Positions 25,343 to 39,131 are shown, numbered from the stretch's first letter. The stretch is 64,000 bases of DNA from Eledone cirrhosa (GCA_964016885.1 OZ024742.1:200756001-200820000), one strand, 5' to 3'. Translations and numbers: made by a program. The notes: generated from the letters alone by a model not told the origin.

Positions 25343-25515
25343 ACCAAATATCAACAAGAACGACAAACATGCTTAAACAGACCATATTGGATTTTCGGCA
25401 ATTTTCGATTCCTACATAATTGATTTTTCAGGATTTTATCAACGACTTTTATTTATTCAGTGATTCCATCTTGCCTTAGCTTTTCTGTCGTCCAGCGAAG
25501 TTCATTAGTAGATAC

Positions 25516-25752
<237 letters not shown>

Positions 25753-25924
25753 AGATGTGTTGGTGGTGGGTGAGAGGTTAACAAGAATCGAGTCAACATG
25801 ATTCTTGTTAGGTATCGTCCTCGTATAAACGCACACTCCAGAAACATGTACATATGACATATATATATATAAAAGGCTGTATGTATGTATGCATGTACGT
25901 ATATATATATATATAAATATATAC

Positions 25925-25955
<31 letters not shown>

Positions 25956-26879
25956 CAGCCTTTTATAATTATTTGAGTTCGTATCACACCAATTACCGCA
26001 GCCTGTCTATGTCTATAACAACCCTGTTTTACAGTCAATCTGTCTATCTTTATGTAAACGTTCTTGTAGTTGCCGATGGTTTGAAACCCTGTCTACCATT
26101 AATGAAGCGGACAATATGATCAAAGATGTTCCAGCCGTCTCTATCTCATTAGGAATTTACATTTGTTGTATATAAAGTAAGCAGTAAAAGATAAGTTAAT
26201 AGTTATGTCACAAGTTTAGAAATTAGTAAGACCGTACATATTCTTGTTTCATTGGTGTTCGGTTATTGAAAGTACATGCTCAACGCCAAGAAGGGATACC
26301 CAACCGTCTTAGGTTTAATCTCCAACTGCTGCTACTGGCAAAATTTTTCCATCTTCAGTGACGGGAAATTCAATCTCTTGCTCATGGACACGAGTCACTC
26401 GTTCCCGACACCATTACGATGGTGAGTCCACACACCTTCAAATCCCACGGGTTGTTTTATGGAACATATAACGTATATAAGACTATATTATTAATTTGAT
26501 TTGGTTGTTATTTTCAAAAGGCTGTTTTGCAAGCAAGCCGGTCTTCATTGAGAAGAGCTGTCGTTGATCAATGACATTTTGGCAATGGCTATTTCATCTT
26601 TCTACAAAAGCGTACACTTCGCTAAAGGTATCCAGAGACGGTTAAATACTATTTTAAGCTGCAAAACAAGCTTAAACACGTTACCGTACAGCAGCCTAAC
26701 TGATGTGCCGAAACAAAATATATAGCACGAAACTAATGTGAAACAAATTTCAAGAGAAAATGTACAATTTCAAAAGCAATCTAATAAGAGAAAATGTAAA
26801 GGTTTAAGAGAAATGTAAAATTCGTTCCTAGACGAAATAAGGTTCGTGAACATGCATTCCCGGTTGTATGGGTTTACAA

Positions 26880-27320
26880 TGGTTTCTAAAATAGGCATAC
26901 TGCCAGAAATTTGTAGGGAGAGGAAAGTTTATTATATAGATCCCAGTATATCTATGTTACCATATTTTAACTAACTCGGAAAGATGAAAGGCAAATTTAA
27001 CCTTGGTGGGATTTAAACTCAGATCATCGAGTGCCGCAAATAATACTCCCAATATTTGCCAGACACTCTAACATCTCCGTCAATTTACTTCACTTGAATG
27101 GGTATATAATATTCTCTAATTTAGGCACAAATCTAACAAATTGGTGGGAGGGAAAAATCGATTAAGTCGACCCTAGTGCGTTACAGGTACTTTATGTTGT
27201 GGACCACGTAAAGATGAATGGCAAACCTAACTTCGGCGTGAGTTGAACTCAGAACGTAAAGGGACGTAACTCTATGCCAATAAGCATATTGTCCGACGCT
27301 CTATCGATACTGACATTCCA
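26880..27320 (-). mobile_element. Two diverged SINE family A copies
   Basis: GATGAAAGGCAAATTTAACCTTGGTGGGATTTAAACTCAG and GATGAATGGCAAACCTAACTTCGGCGTGAGTTGAACTCAG. Confidence 0.7.
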
Positions 27321-27399
27321 TCGTCCTGTCAAATCGGACCGAGGAAACAAATGTTTCTGTTGGTCTTTCCAAAAACTAATAATATCTATCAGTTGCAAC

Positions 27400-27530
27400 T
27401 CCAGGAAGAAGGAGCAACGTGAAATAAAGTGTCTTGCTCAAGGACATAACGCATCGCCCGGTCCAGGAATCGAACTCACAACCTCACGATTGCGAATCCA
27501 ATTCTCTAACCACTCAGCCACACGCCTTCA
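27400..27530 (-). mobile_element. tRNA-derived SINE family B head
   Basis: Minus strand TGAAGGCGTGTGGCTGAGTGG (A box)..GAGTTCGATTCC (B box)..TGTCCTTGAGCAAGACACTTT (CORE/V-like segment). Confidence 0.8.
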
Positions 27531-27556
27531 CACGCCTTCGCCCTGTATGAGTGTAT

Positions 27557-27775
27557 AATTGTTTCTACTTTAGGCACACATCTCGCAATTTGAATGGGAG
27601 GGGAAAGTTGATTAAATCGACCCCAGTGCATTACTGGTGCTTTATTTTATCGACCCCGTAAGTATGAAAGGCAAAGTTAACCTCGGCGAGATTTGAACTC
27701 AGACCAGAAAGGGGCGTAACTATATGCTGCAAAGCATGTTGACTGAGGCTCTAACAATACTGCCAATCCACCGCT
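27557..27775 (-). mobile_element. Full-length SINE family A (variant with GGGGAAAGTTGATT segment)
   Basis: Reverse complement of SINE with head CGGTGGATTGGCAGTATTG. Confidence 0.88.
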
Positions 27776-28284
27776 CATGAATGGGTATATAGTAACCTCA
27801 ATTGCAGTAAGTTACGCTCACTTGTATTGCAACGTAAAATAGGATGTAAATCCAAGGATCAAGTGGTGGTGTTAAACAGAGCGGCAGATTATGCCTAACA
27901 CTCAATTCAACCAAAGTAGGATTTGAAGTCAGAATGAAAATAGGCGGAACAAATACCACAAGGTGTCTAACCAGCTAGTGTTTTTCTCGAAGGTGGTATT
28001 CTGTGTTGTAGATGTCAATGTTGATTTTTGTTGTGATGATGATGAAGGGTAATGATAGTGCTGGAAGATAATAGTAGTGGTGAAGGAGGTGGTAGTGGCA
28101 TTGTTGGGAGTGATTGTTTGTGTTAGTGGTCGGCATAGTCATTGAGCGGGTGGTGTTTATTATTATTGTTGTTGTTGTTGGTGACTAAGGGTTCTTTTTG
28201 TGACGGAGAGATCAAGATCATAAAAATGATGATGATGATGATAATGATGATGATGATGATGATGATGGCGATTATAATAATAAT

Positions 28285-28501
28285 GATTTCTTATATAGAC
28301 ACAAGGCCAGCAATTCTAGGGGAGGGGAAAGTCGATTAAATCGACCCTAGTGCGTGACTGCTACTTTATTTTATCGACCCCGTAAGGATGAAAGGCAAAG
28401 TTAACCTTGGCGGGATTTGAACTCAGATCATAAAGGGCCGTATCTCCATGCTGCAAAGCATAGCGTCCGACCATCTACCGATACTGCCAATCCACCGCCC
28501 T
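28285..28501 (-). mobile_element. Full-length SINE family A in an ATG/ATT repeat context
   Basis: Head AGGGCGGTGGATTGGCAGTATCGG; tail merges with (AAT)n/(GAT)n. Confidence 0.9.
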
Positions 28502-28552
28502 AGTGATTGTGATAATAATAATAATAACAATGCCATTAATAACGAAAGCAAG

Positions 28553-28606
28553 AATTTTGATAAGGATAGTCTTAATGGCAGTGTCTGAGACTGAAACCGG
28601 TCATTG
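28553..28606 (+). ncRNA. Degenerate hammerhead motif, U3/A8 core
   Basis: TTGATAA-ggat agtctt..gagact-GAAA-ccgg-TC; palindromic stem III, weak stem I. Confidence 0.4.
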
Positions 28607-28961
28607 AGTTTGCATTGTTACAAGAGAAGAACGTGACACGTGTCAACTGTTGTCTACAAATATAGAGATAGACTGTCTCCCAAAAAGTGACGTTTCATAT
28701 GTTTAAGAACTAGGTGTTGTTTTCTAATGACAGAGTATATTACAATAAGAGCAAGATGGCCGAATATTATCACTGTCATTAGTTATTCCCTTCCGCATTT
28801 GGCCGTCGTTGTTCTTATTCAGTTATTCACGAGTAGAGAGGTGATTATATATATATACATACTCGTATATAATTATATATATATGTATGTGTAAATATAT
28901 ATGTGTATTTAGATATATGTATGTATGAATAACAATACATTTGTACATGCACACACATATC

Positions 28962-29032
<71 letters not shown>

Positions 29033-29050
29033 AACTATATATATTCCACT

Positions 29051-29091
<41 letters not shown>

Positions 29092-29105
29092 GTATACACT
29101 ATACT

Positions 29106-29186
<81 letters not shown>

Positions 29187-29592
29187 AACTTTATATATAT
29201 ATATATATATAAAGTTTAGTACGTATGTATATATATATATATATGTGTGTGTGTGTATATATATATATATAAGTATAGTGTATACGTAGATATATAGATA
29301 TATATATGTGAATATGTAATTAAATAATAATACATATTACGTATATAACTTACTTTATATCTATATTAATATATATTAAGAGCTTCTTACTCATACACAC
29401 ATGCGCAAACACATGCACACACATACACATATGCATATATCAATTTTTACCTGTCCGTCAGTTTGTCAGGTCTGTATGTATATATATATATATAAATTTG
29501 TATGAATGTATGTATGTGTGTCTATAGTTTTAACTATTAGTTTATCTATCTATTTATTTATCTCTCCCCACTTTCTGTTATATATATATGTT

Positions 29593-29659
<67 letters not shown>

Positions 29660-29707
29660 CTTCCAAACTTTCGTTTGGAATCATCGGAGCATTAGCAATG
29701 TTTATAC

Positions 29708-29767
<60 letters not shown>

Positions 29768-29923
29768 TATATATATATGTATGTATATGTGTATATACAT
29801 ATATATTCACACGCACGCACACACATATATATATGTATATATATATATATATAGATATATATACATACATATATATATGTATATATATATATATATAGAT
29901 ATATATACATATGTATATATATG

Positions 29924-30023
<100 letters not shown>

Positions 30024-30035
30024 TACATACATATA

Positions 30036-30066
<31 letters not shown>

Positions 30067-30067
30067 C

Positions 30068-30098
<31 letters not shown>

Positions 30099-30169
30099 TT
30101 GTATGCGTATGTTCATATCTTTGTTGTACTATATCATTCCCAGAACGGTTTATCACAGAAATAAATAAA

Positions 30170-30344
30170 TAAATAGCTATATATATGTGTGTGTGTGTAT
30201 CTGTCCTTCTGTGTTTGTGCAGATACAGCTAGGTACGCGCACAACTATACAAACACCTGCACTCACATCCACATATACATAGAGTCGATGAGAAATTATG
30301 GTACAGATTTACTGGTCTAGCATTCAATAAATGAATTATATGTG
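30170..30344 (+). repeat. ~170-bp direct repeat, second copy at 33131-33299
   Basis: Near-identical TAAATAGCTAT..GTGCAGATACAGCTAGGTACGCGC..GAATTATATGTG at both sites. Confidence 0.9.
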
Positions 30345-30742
30345 ATTTTTTTTTACAGAGAAGCATAAATATATATTTAAAAAAAACACACAGACACAGA
30401 CACATTAAACACACACTCACATAGAGAGACACACACACATACATTTACACACACAGAGGTATACAGAAGCATATTTTCGGACGAATACGCAAGCATATTT
30501 ATTTCTGTACATATCGATAGGCCATTTGCCATATATAGTTAAGTTGGGACTATAAAATTGTTTAGCGCACGCATTAATACATTTTGGACCTCACCATGTA
30601 TGCATAGATGTAAACACCTTGTCTCTATATATTATACTAATGAATGTATATGTAGATTTTAGACAACACTGTATATACACAAATTTATGCATATTGACTG
30701 AATATGCTGTACTACAAACTAAGACTAGATTTTTTGTCAAAA

Positions 30743-30813
<71 letters not shown>

Positions 30814-31010
30814 GAAAGGATGAATATAAAATGAAAGTGCTTTTTTTAAAAAAGGAATTTATTAGGTATTGATATATGTTTCTGTAACAGACTGAATACC
30901 TATGTATCGCTGCTTGCGTAATCATATAATGTTAGCAAGTATTCGATAGCAAATGTATAATCAGTTGTCACTTCTTCAGAGATTTTGGATAAATACATAC
31001 ATAAATATAT

Positions 31011-31044
<34 letters not shown>

Positions 31045-31049
31045 ATGGA

Positions 31050-31903
31050 TATATATGGATAGTGTAACTGTGACATTAGTGCCCCTTTCAGAACTTCTTA
31101 CATAAACATCTCTCTGCATATTATTTACTTACTTCAATCTATATTTTTTTTTTTTACTCACCTCAATCCGGATTCTCACTTGAACAATTTTTTAATTTCT
31201 AATTGTTAATTTTTTTATTTTTTATTTTTTAACTTATAATTTCTGATATTTGATTTAGGATTTTCGATTTTAAATTTTTATTTTTATTTCCAACTCTCAC
31301 TCTTAACTTCCAATGTGAAACCATGATGCCTAGAATTAAGTATATTTTCTCTTAGGGGTTGTGGTCAGTTGTACTGTCCATGCTTGGTGAGAGGTAGTAT
31401 TGGGACCTGTAAAAACTAACACTCTCCCATCCCCTCTGGCTTTCGGCTGACTGCCACAGACGGGATGGTACAGGCCTGAATGGATTATTGTTTGGCTGAG
31501 AGGGGGAACTGATTAAGCGAGTTTCGTTGAAATCTGCGGTAGCTAATGGTCAACTACCTCTGGACCTGCGCCTGCGCAGACCGGTGGGGGTGAATTGGTA
31601 CTCACAGGGTAACGGATGAAAAACCCAAAAGCACACACTTTGTCCGTTCCCATGTCGATTCAATTTGGATTGCCTCGGAAACATAACCTTATTATGTAAC
31701 AAGCTGTCTGACGATGTCGCGACACTGGCACACAGAACAGTGTGGACACTGTTGCCATGAAAATATATATCACAGCATTATTATTAAAAGACTAGAACAT
31801 CTGAAACTACTTCGCTTTTCCTTTTTCGGTATTTACTCCGTCACTCCTATGTGGAATAAGTACGTTGAGTGCTTGCATTGAATTGCATCAATGTTTACCC
31901 TAA

Positions 31904-31905
<2 letters not shown>
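31050..31905 (+). mobile_element. ORF-less HHR-bearing element between (TA)n tracts (PLE 3' region or retrozyme-like)
   Basis: No ORF of 60 aa or more in the track, several GC-rich hairpins, HHR at 31703, (TA)n at both ends. Confidence 0.5.
31703..31776 (+). ncRNA. Type I hammerhead ribozyme with extended stem II
   Basis: gctgt-CTGACGA-..tggca..aacagtg tgga cactgtt gcca t-GAAA-atatata-TC-acagc; perfect 5-bp stem I; stem III offset by one extra A. Confidence 0.6.
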
Positions 31906-31990
<85 letters not shown>

Positions 31991-32100
31991 TTGAAAAAAT
32001 GAAAACGAAATTTCATTTCTCACTCTTAGTATGGCACTTACTTAAATGTAAGTATGTATGTATACGTACATACATATATGTATACAGACGTACAGTAGCA

Positions 32101-32152
<52 letters not shown>

Positions 32153-32302
32153 CAGGTACACATACATATATGCAGGCATCAGTTTAGCGGACGCTTATTA
32201 TAACGCCGCTTTGTTCGTTTGTAAACAAACTGAACAGCCTGAATTTATGCCATACGGTGTTAAGGCAACCACGTCACCTTTTTGTTCAACACTGACACAG
32301 GA

Positions 32303-32345
32303 ACGATGTACTAGTTTCAAGCTTGTTAGCTATCATCAGCACCGT
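32303..32345 (-). ncRNA. Intact minimal type I hammerhead ribozyme (inverted copy)
   Basis: Exact reverse complement of 32537-32579. Confidence 0.82.
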
Positions 32346-32536
32346 ATACCCATCTGCCAGATAGTTGAACGTTAATTTTCATAAGGAAAGTATATACTTT
32401 CGAACGTTGAAACTTATCGTTTTCGGTATGCCTGACCGATTTAACTCACTCAATATGCAAATTAGGCTGCTCAGCCGTTAATTTTCATAAGGAAAGTATA
32501 TACTTTCGAACGTTCAACTATCTGGCAGATGGGTAT

Positions 32537-32579
32537 ACGGTGCTGATGATAGCTAACAAGCTTGAAACTAGTACATCGT
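32537..32579 (+). ncRNA. Intact minimal type I hammerhead ribozyme
   Basis: acggtg-CTGATGA-t agct aaca agct t-GAAA-ctag-TA-catcgt; 6-bp stem I (one GU), palindromic stem III, GUA site. Confidence 0.85.
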
Positions 32580-32729
32580 TCCTGTGTCAGTGTTGAACAA
32601 AAAGGTGACGTGGTTGCCTTAACACCGTACGGCATAAATTCAGGCTGTTCAGTTTGTTTACAAACGAACAAAGCGGCGTTATAATAAGCGTCCGCTAAAC
32701 TGATGCGTGCATATATGTATGTGTACCTG

Positions 32730-32787
<58 letters not shown>

Positions 32788-33086
32788 TGCTACTGTACGT
32801 CTGTATACATATATGTATGTACGTATACATACATACTTACATATATATATATATATCCGATGTTATTGACCAGTTCTCCTTTTCGGATGTTTTCGATGTT
32901 CAGAGAGTGGGATTGGTCGAGTGCAAGGCCTTTCACCACTTAAAAAACCTTCAAAGCACAGTCATTGCTTGTTCAGGATATGTTACAGGTTTGTCTGGCT
33001 GACCGTAGCCTAAAAGTGCGCGAAATTCTATAATCTGACAAGCGATTGCAGTACTCTAGGCATAGTTTACAGCCATCATATATATG

Positions 33087-33128
<42 letters not shown>

Positions 33129-33816
33129 CATAAATAGCTATATATATGTGTGTATCTGTCCTTCTGTGTTTGTGCAGATACAGCTAGGTACGCGCACAAC
33201 TATACAAACACCTGCACTCACATCCACATATACATAGAGTCGATGAGAAATTATGGTACAGATTTACTGGTCTAACATTCAATAAATGAATTATATGTGT
33301 GTGTGTGTGTGTGTGTGTGTGAGTGTTTGAGAGAGAGGGAGGGGGGGAGTAAGAGTGAGAAAGTGTCCTCAGTGTAAGAGAAAGAGGCAGGGATGGAGAG
33401 AAAAAGATAGAGGGAGAGAGATGGAATGGACTTCTATCGGTTTTGATGATATCTATTCCCGTTCAATCAACGGAACAGCCAACTCATGAAATTGGCTGTT
33501 CCGTTGCTGAGCATTTCGCAGATATGTGTAGCCTTAAGCTAATTCATATTGGGGTTTAGTGTGACAGATTGTGCCAAAGTTTGTTTTTTGAATTTCAGGC
33601 ACAGTTCCTCCGAATGGCTTTCATATAGTTTCGGAGAATCCAGCTTCACTCACAAAATTTGGTTCGACACGAGGCTCTGATAAATGACACTAAAAATGCC
33701 ACGCACTTGGATCGAATCCGTGACTTTATTATTACACAGAGTTTCTTAAACATTAAAGCTTACTATATCTATATCAGGCAGATAGATAAATCGCGATAGC
33801 GACAGATAGATAGATA

Positions 33817-33940
<124 letters not shown>

Positions 33941-34969
33941 GATTAATATATATATATAATGGAAGTGAGGAAGGATGGGAGATACAAAGTGGCTGAAAGA
34001 CAGAGGCGGGAAGAGTAGGGAGAGTGAGAGAAAGAAAGAGGAAAGGGAGAAGGGCAACAGCTAGATAAATAAAGATAGCGATAGACAGAGATGGATTAAA
34101 AGATCGATATATCAATTTTCGGTCCGTTAATTACGGCAACTGATGACAGTCCAAGTCAATGAAACTTCGACAAGTGACAGTAAATGGATAAAGTGAGACT
34201 ATAGCAGATTATCTGCCCCTTTTTCCTGTTATTTATCAAAATGTCCACTAGCTGTCAACTGCAAGACGTTGGATGACTAATTATCTCAATGGTCGGCCAT
34301 TTTACATTTTATAGTTTACAGTATATAGTGAGTGTTACATTGAACATTCTCGTTATTCTCAACGTGTACACACACATGTCCACGCGTGCATACATACGCA
34401 CGAGCACACAAGCGCACACACAAACACACACACACGCACTCACACACACACAAACACACACACACACGCACACACACACACACACACACTCTCACACACA
34501 CACAGACACACAAACACACATATATATATGTATATATACAAATATATATTTGTATATATATTTGTATATATATATACAAATATATATACATTCACACACA
34601 CTCAAATTGAGAAAATCCAACTTTTGTATTTTATGAAAGATGGGTGATGACGGTGGTATTAACTAGGCTGAATGGACCTACTGTCAGTATGTAATATGTT
34701 TTTCTTAGCAGCCGGAAATAACCCGAGAGAGGATACTTTCAATGTCCGTGAGGTGACAGAATAATCCAATGTTCTATGTGGGTTTTTTCTTCTGGAATTA
34801 CGCTAAAATGGCGTCTTCTATTGAAGAACTGTTGTTTTCTCTTTGTTGAAGTCCTCTTTTCTATATTCAATGTAAACCCAACACTGTGCCGTGTTGTGTT
34901 TCACGTCTGTGTATTGTCGCCAATGTTTTAAGCACTTGTGGCAAATAAAAACAAATATCACCATTATTA

Positions 34970-36128
34970 TTGGCAGTATTGGTAGAGAGTCGGACGCCAT
35001 ATTTGACGTATAGAGTTACATCCCTTTACGATCTGAGTTCAAATTCCGCCGAGGTTAACTTTGCCTTTCATCCTTACGGGGTCGATAAAATAAAGTACCA
35101 GTAATGCACTGGGTAATTGCTGGCCTTGTGCCAAAAGTAGAAACAATTATTATTTATTGTTTTTATGTTTTACATACTTGTACGGTCCTGCACCGTCCTG
35201 TGCTGTCCTTAATGTATATTTTTGTAAACCGTTTTGTGATTAATAAAGAAAACATTATTATTATGTTATGCGCATGTAGGCTGGTTAATTTGAAGACGAG
35301 AGGGTGTCGTCCCCGGGTGCCCTAGAAGCGTTGGGTGGTTCAGGATTGGTGGGATACCTGAGTCGCCCCTGGGTCGTCCACCCCCTCTATTGAGGAATTT
35401 ATTTTGTTATGTTTATGCACAGTTTAATTTATATTATTTGGTCTTGCCATTATGCACTTTTACTCGAGTTTATTGTAAACCTCCACTGTCCCTGTCTTTG
35501 TGGCCAATAAATCATTATTATTGTTATTATTAGGATTGGCAGAATCGGTAGAGCGTCGGGCATGTTTTAAGCATATAATTACAGCCGTTTAAGATCTGAG
35601 TTCAAATCTCGCCGAGATTAACTTTGCCGGGGTCGGTAAAATAAAGCACCAGTAATTCACTGGACTGATTCAATCGACTTTCTTCTCCTCTTCAAATTAC
35701 TGGCCTTGTGCCTGAAGTAGAAACAGTTATTATTAGGATTAGTAGTATCGTTAAAACGTCAGACATTATACTTTGAGGCGTATAGTTTCGAGCCGAGGTT
35801 AGCTTTGCCTTTCATCGTTACGGAGTCTATAAAATAAAGTACCAGTCACGCACTGGGGTCAATTTAATCGACTTCCCCCTCCCCCCAATTACTGGCCTTG
35901 TACCTATACTAGAAATCATTATTAACATTATAAGGACGGTGGGTTGGCAGTATCGGTAGAGCGTCAGACACCATGCTTTGCAGCATAGGAGTTATGTCCC
36001 TTTATGTTCTGAGTTTAAATCCTGTCGAGGTAAAATTTGCCTTTCATCCTTACGGGGTCGATAAAATAAAGTACCAGTAATGCATTGGGATAATTGTTGG
36101 CCTTGTGACAAAAGTAGAAACAATTATT
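34970..36128 (+). mobile_element. Head-to-tail array: SINE A, LINE 3' end, Tx1-like 3' end, then three more SINE A copies, joined by ATT runs
   Basis: SINEs ~34970-35152, 35532-35730, 35735-35920, 35933-36128; 35275-35530 matches the reverse complement of ~13865-14145; 35155-35262 ends AATAAAGAAAACATTATTATT. Confidence 0.85.
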
Positions 36129-36688
36129 AGTAACATTATTATTCTGTTCGTGGCTGTAGTTTTTGACAACGATGATGATAATGATGAGAACGATCACGAT
36201 ATATATAGATTTGCATGCATATATATGTACACACTCATGTATTGAAAGTGTATTTACAAATAAATGTGTGCATATGTGTGTATATATATATAAACATGTT
36301 TTGTTATAAACCGATAGCATTAAAGCTAACAACCTCACTACCAACACCAATACCAACATGGACGCCACAAACATTACATAAATTTAAAATAGCACAGCTC
36401 ACAATTAATAAAAATTGACTTTGAAATAATATTTTATTTTCATTTATTTTTCAGAAACCTAACGGGAAATGAAAAACCTCAAAATTCAAAAGGCTTGAAA
36501 AATTAAAACGGAAGTTAACAAAGTTTAACTCTAACAGAAAAGAGGTAATAACACAGTGTAAAATATTGATAATTGAAATATTATTGAACTAACAAACGCC
36601 ATTGGTGTATTTTATATTATTGAAATATATAAATATATACTGCTGAAATTTCATTAATTGTATCTAAAAGGGTGTATCTCTCACACCT

Positions 36689-36766
<78 letters not shown>

Positions 36767-37263
36767 ATCTTACCTCTCTCTCACTCTCTCTCTCTCTCTA
36801 TATATATATGTGTGTGTGTGGTGTGTGTGTGTGTGTGGTGTGTGTGTGTGTGTGTGTGTGTGTGTCTATATAGATGTATGTTTAAGTACATATGTATTGT
36901 GTATATGTATATATATACACACACAGGCACACACGACACACAGTACCAGACATACAGATACATACACATACACGCACATACAGACACACACACATGTATG
37001 TGTGTGTGTGGGGGGGGGGGGTTCCTATGCCTGATGTAGATATGATCGACTACATGAAGGCGGAGTCCCAGCCTGACCGCAGACTAATAAATAAAACAAA
37101 TATAATATCAAGAGAATCAAAATATGTACACACATGCATATATATATATAACTGGAAATTTAGTAAAATCGAATCTCTGGCGGTTTGCAAGTAAATTCGG
37201 CCTACTTATATGAAATGATGAGTTAGCAAAGCACTCGACAAGTTAGGGCCTTAGAGTAATAAC

Positions 37264-37449
37264 TGTTTCTACTTTTGGCACAATACCCAGCAAATACCCA
37301 GTTCATTACTGGTACTTTACTTTATCGACCCCGTAAGGATGAAAGGCAAAGTTAACCTCGGCGGGATTTGAACTCAGAATGGCAAGGGCCGTAACTCTAT
37401 GCATCAAAGCATGGCGTCCGACCCTCTACCGATACTGCCAATCCACCGG
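37264..37449 (-). mobile_element. Full-length SINE family A with 18-bp TSD
   Basis: GGGCCTTAG(A/T)GTAATAAC at 37246-37263 and 37448-37465. Confidence 0.9.
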
Positions 37450-38465
37450 GCCTTAGTGTAATAACATACGTTTAAATAGTTTGACAAATCTAACATTGTG
37501 GTAGGCAAATCTAACACACAATACTATACCAAAGTAACGATAGAACTAACAGGTTGAGAAAAAAAAATATATATATAAGAGAATTGATACTGCCAACTGT
37601 AATATCTTTGCACTCAATAAGTTTGTGTCATAATCGATAGAAATTCAGAAGAGATATTTAGAAATTGGGATGACAAAGTAAATTTCTTCAAGCATTTAAA
37701 AGCTTTATAAATGTTTCAATCCATATTATTCAACAGAAGTTTATGCTATTTCAATTTTGTTAAAAGAAATAATACAACAATGTACCATTAAATATTGTAT
37801 ACCTCCACGGTATTATAAAAGATAATATGATGACTTGCGATCCTGCAAGCCCAAAAGAGAAGCTGTATCCTCAAAGTACTATATCATTCCTTGCCTTCGC
37901 AAACAGAGAGTATGAAAGGGGTGGTCAACGTTGACTGTAGGCACGCTCTTGGCTGTTCAGGCCAATGTGAGACAGGTAGGCACGCCGCCGCGGCTGCAGC
38001 TGAAGATCTGGTCAGGGCTTATCCTGTGCCTTTTGTCCTTGAGAGTTACTCTGCGGGTGTTTTCAAGGGGGGAGACAACATGGTTGATGGTGAGACGCCA
38101 AGCGTCACGGTTCTCAGCTAGGATGACCACTGGCGATGGTGGATGTTCAGACTAAGGGATCTTTTCAAACAGTACTTGCATCGACTCCTCGATAACCTCC
38201 TGTCAAGATGGCCAGTGGAAAGTTAGCTGTACAGTGTGATACTGGTAGGCGATAATCCTCTATCCTAGAGACGTGCCCTGCTCAGCGTGGTTGAGACTTC
38301 AGCAGCGTAGCATCGACGCAGGCGACCTTCGCCCGTTCAAGGACTTCAACATTGGTGATAAATTCTCTGCCGTGGACGTTGAGGGTGGTGCTGGTGAAAG
38401 CGTTCGAGGAGTCGACGGTGCTGAGAGAAAAAAGTACTCAATACCAAAGTAGACTTACGTAGTGT

Positions 38466-38517
38466 TCTTTGTCTGATGACCCTGTGGGAAGGAGGCGAAA
38501 CTCCAGAGTAGCAAGAA
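38466..38517 (+). ncRNA. Type I hammerhead ribozyme near the 3' end of a GC-richer ~700-bp element (~37830-38540) abutting (TA)n
   Basis: ttgt-CTGATGA-c cct..agg c-GAAA-ctc ca gag-TA-gcaa; 10.1-11.1 is a C-C mismatch. Confidence 0.7.
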
Positions 38518-38838
38518 TTACTATTTCGCCTCCACAATATGTATATATATATATATGTATATATATTACAATAGGTTCGCACACCATTTTTGTAAGTAAG
38601 CTGCTTTAAAATCTCATTGTTGCAACGATAGATGCATCCACCTACACATATAAAACTGTTAACGAATTGTTGTTTGTGTAAACTGGAAACTCTGAAATGG
38701 AAAACTACACACAGACGCGCACACACACACGCACGCACACACACAAACGCACGCACACACAAACACACCCACACATTGCCTCTCACGCACTCATGCACAA
38801 ACATACACAAACATACATACTCACTCGAATGTATAGGA

Positions 38839-38891
<53 letters not shown>

Positions 38892-39131
38892 ATACGTATA
38901 CATATGTCTACACACACACACACACGCACGCACACACACACACACATATATATATATATACATTGATATATAAGTCCATATACATACTTACATTCACGCA
39001 TCACTCACACATTCACGTATATATATACTAGTACCTATATCTGTAAAGATAGCGTGAGAGATGTATAGGTGGATGTATATATATATGTATATATATATAT
39101 AGAGGGAGAGAGGGAGAGAGGGTGAGAGGGA

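Larger units (their letters stand above)
32046..32842. mobile_element. Large palindrome (arms 32046-32373 / 32509-32842) made of a PLE-type HHR terminus plus flanking simple repeat
   Basis: Arms differ by ~2 substitutions plus (TA) length; 39-bp direct repeat at the spacer edges (32370-32408 / 32476-32514). Confidence 0.85.

Noticed and set aside
27440-27530. tRNA gene
   Set aside because: A/B boxes continue into a SINE body and no clean cloverleaf is evident; it is a SINE head
34135-34182. CTGATGA..GAAA hammerhead-like motif
   Set aside because: No stem I, poor stem II and a G at the cleavage position
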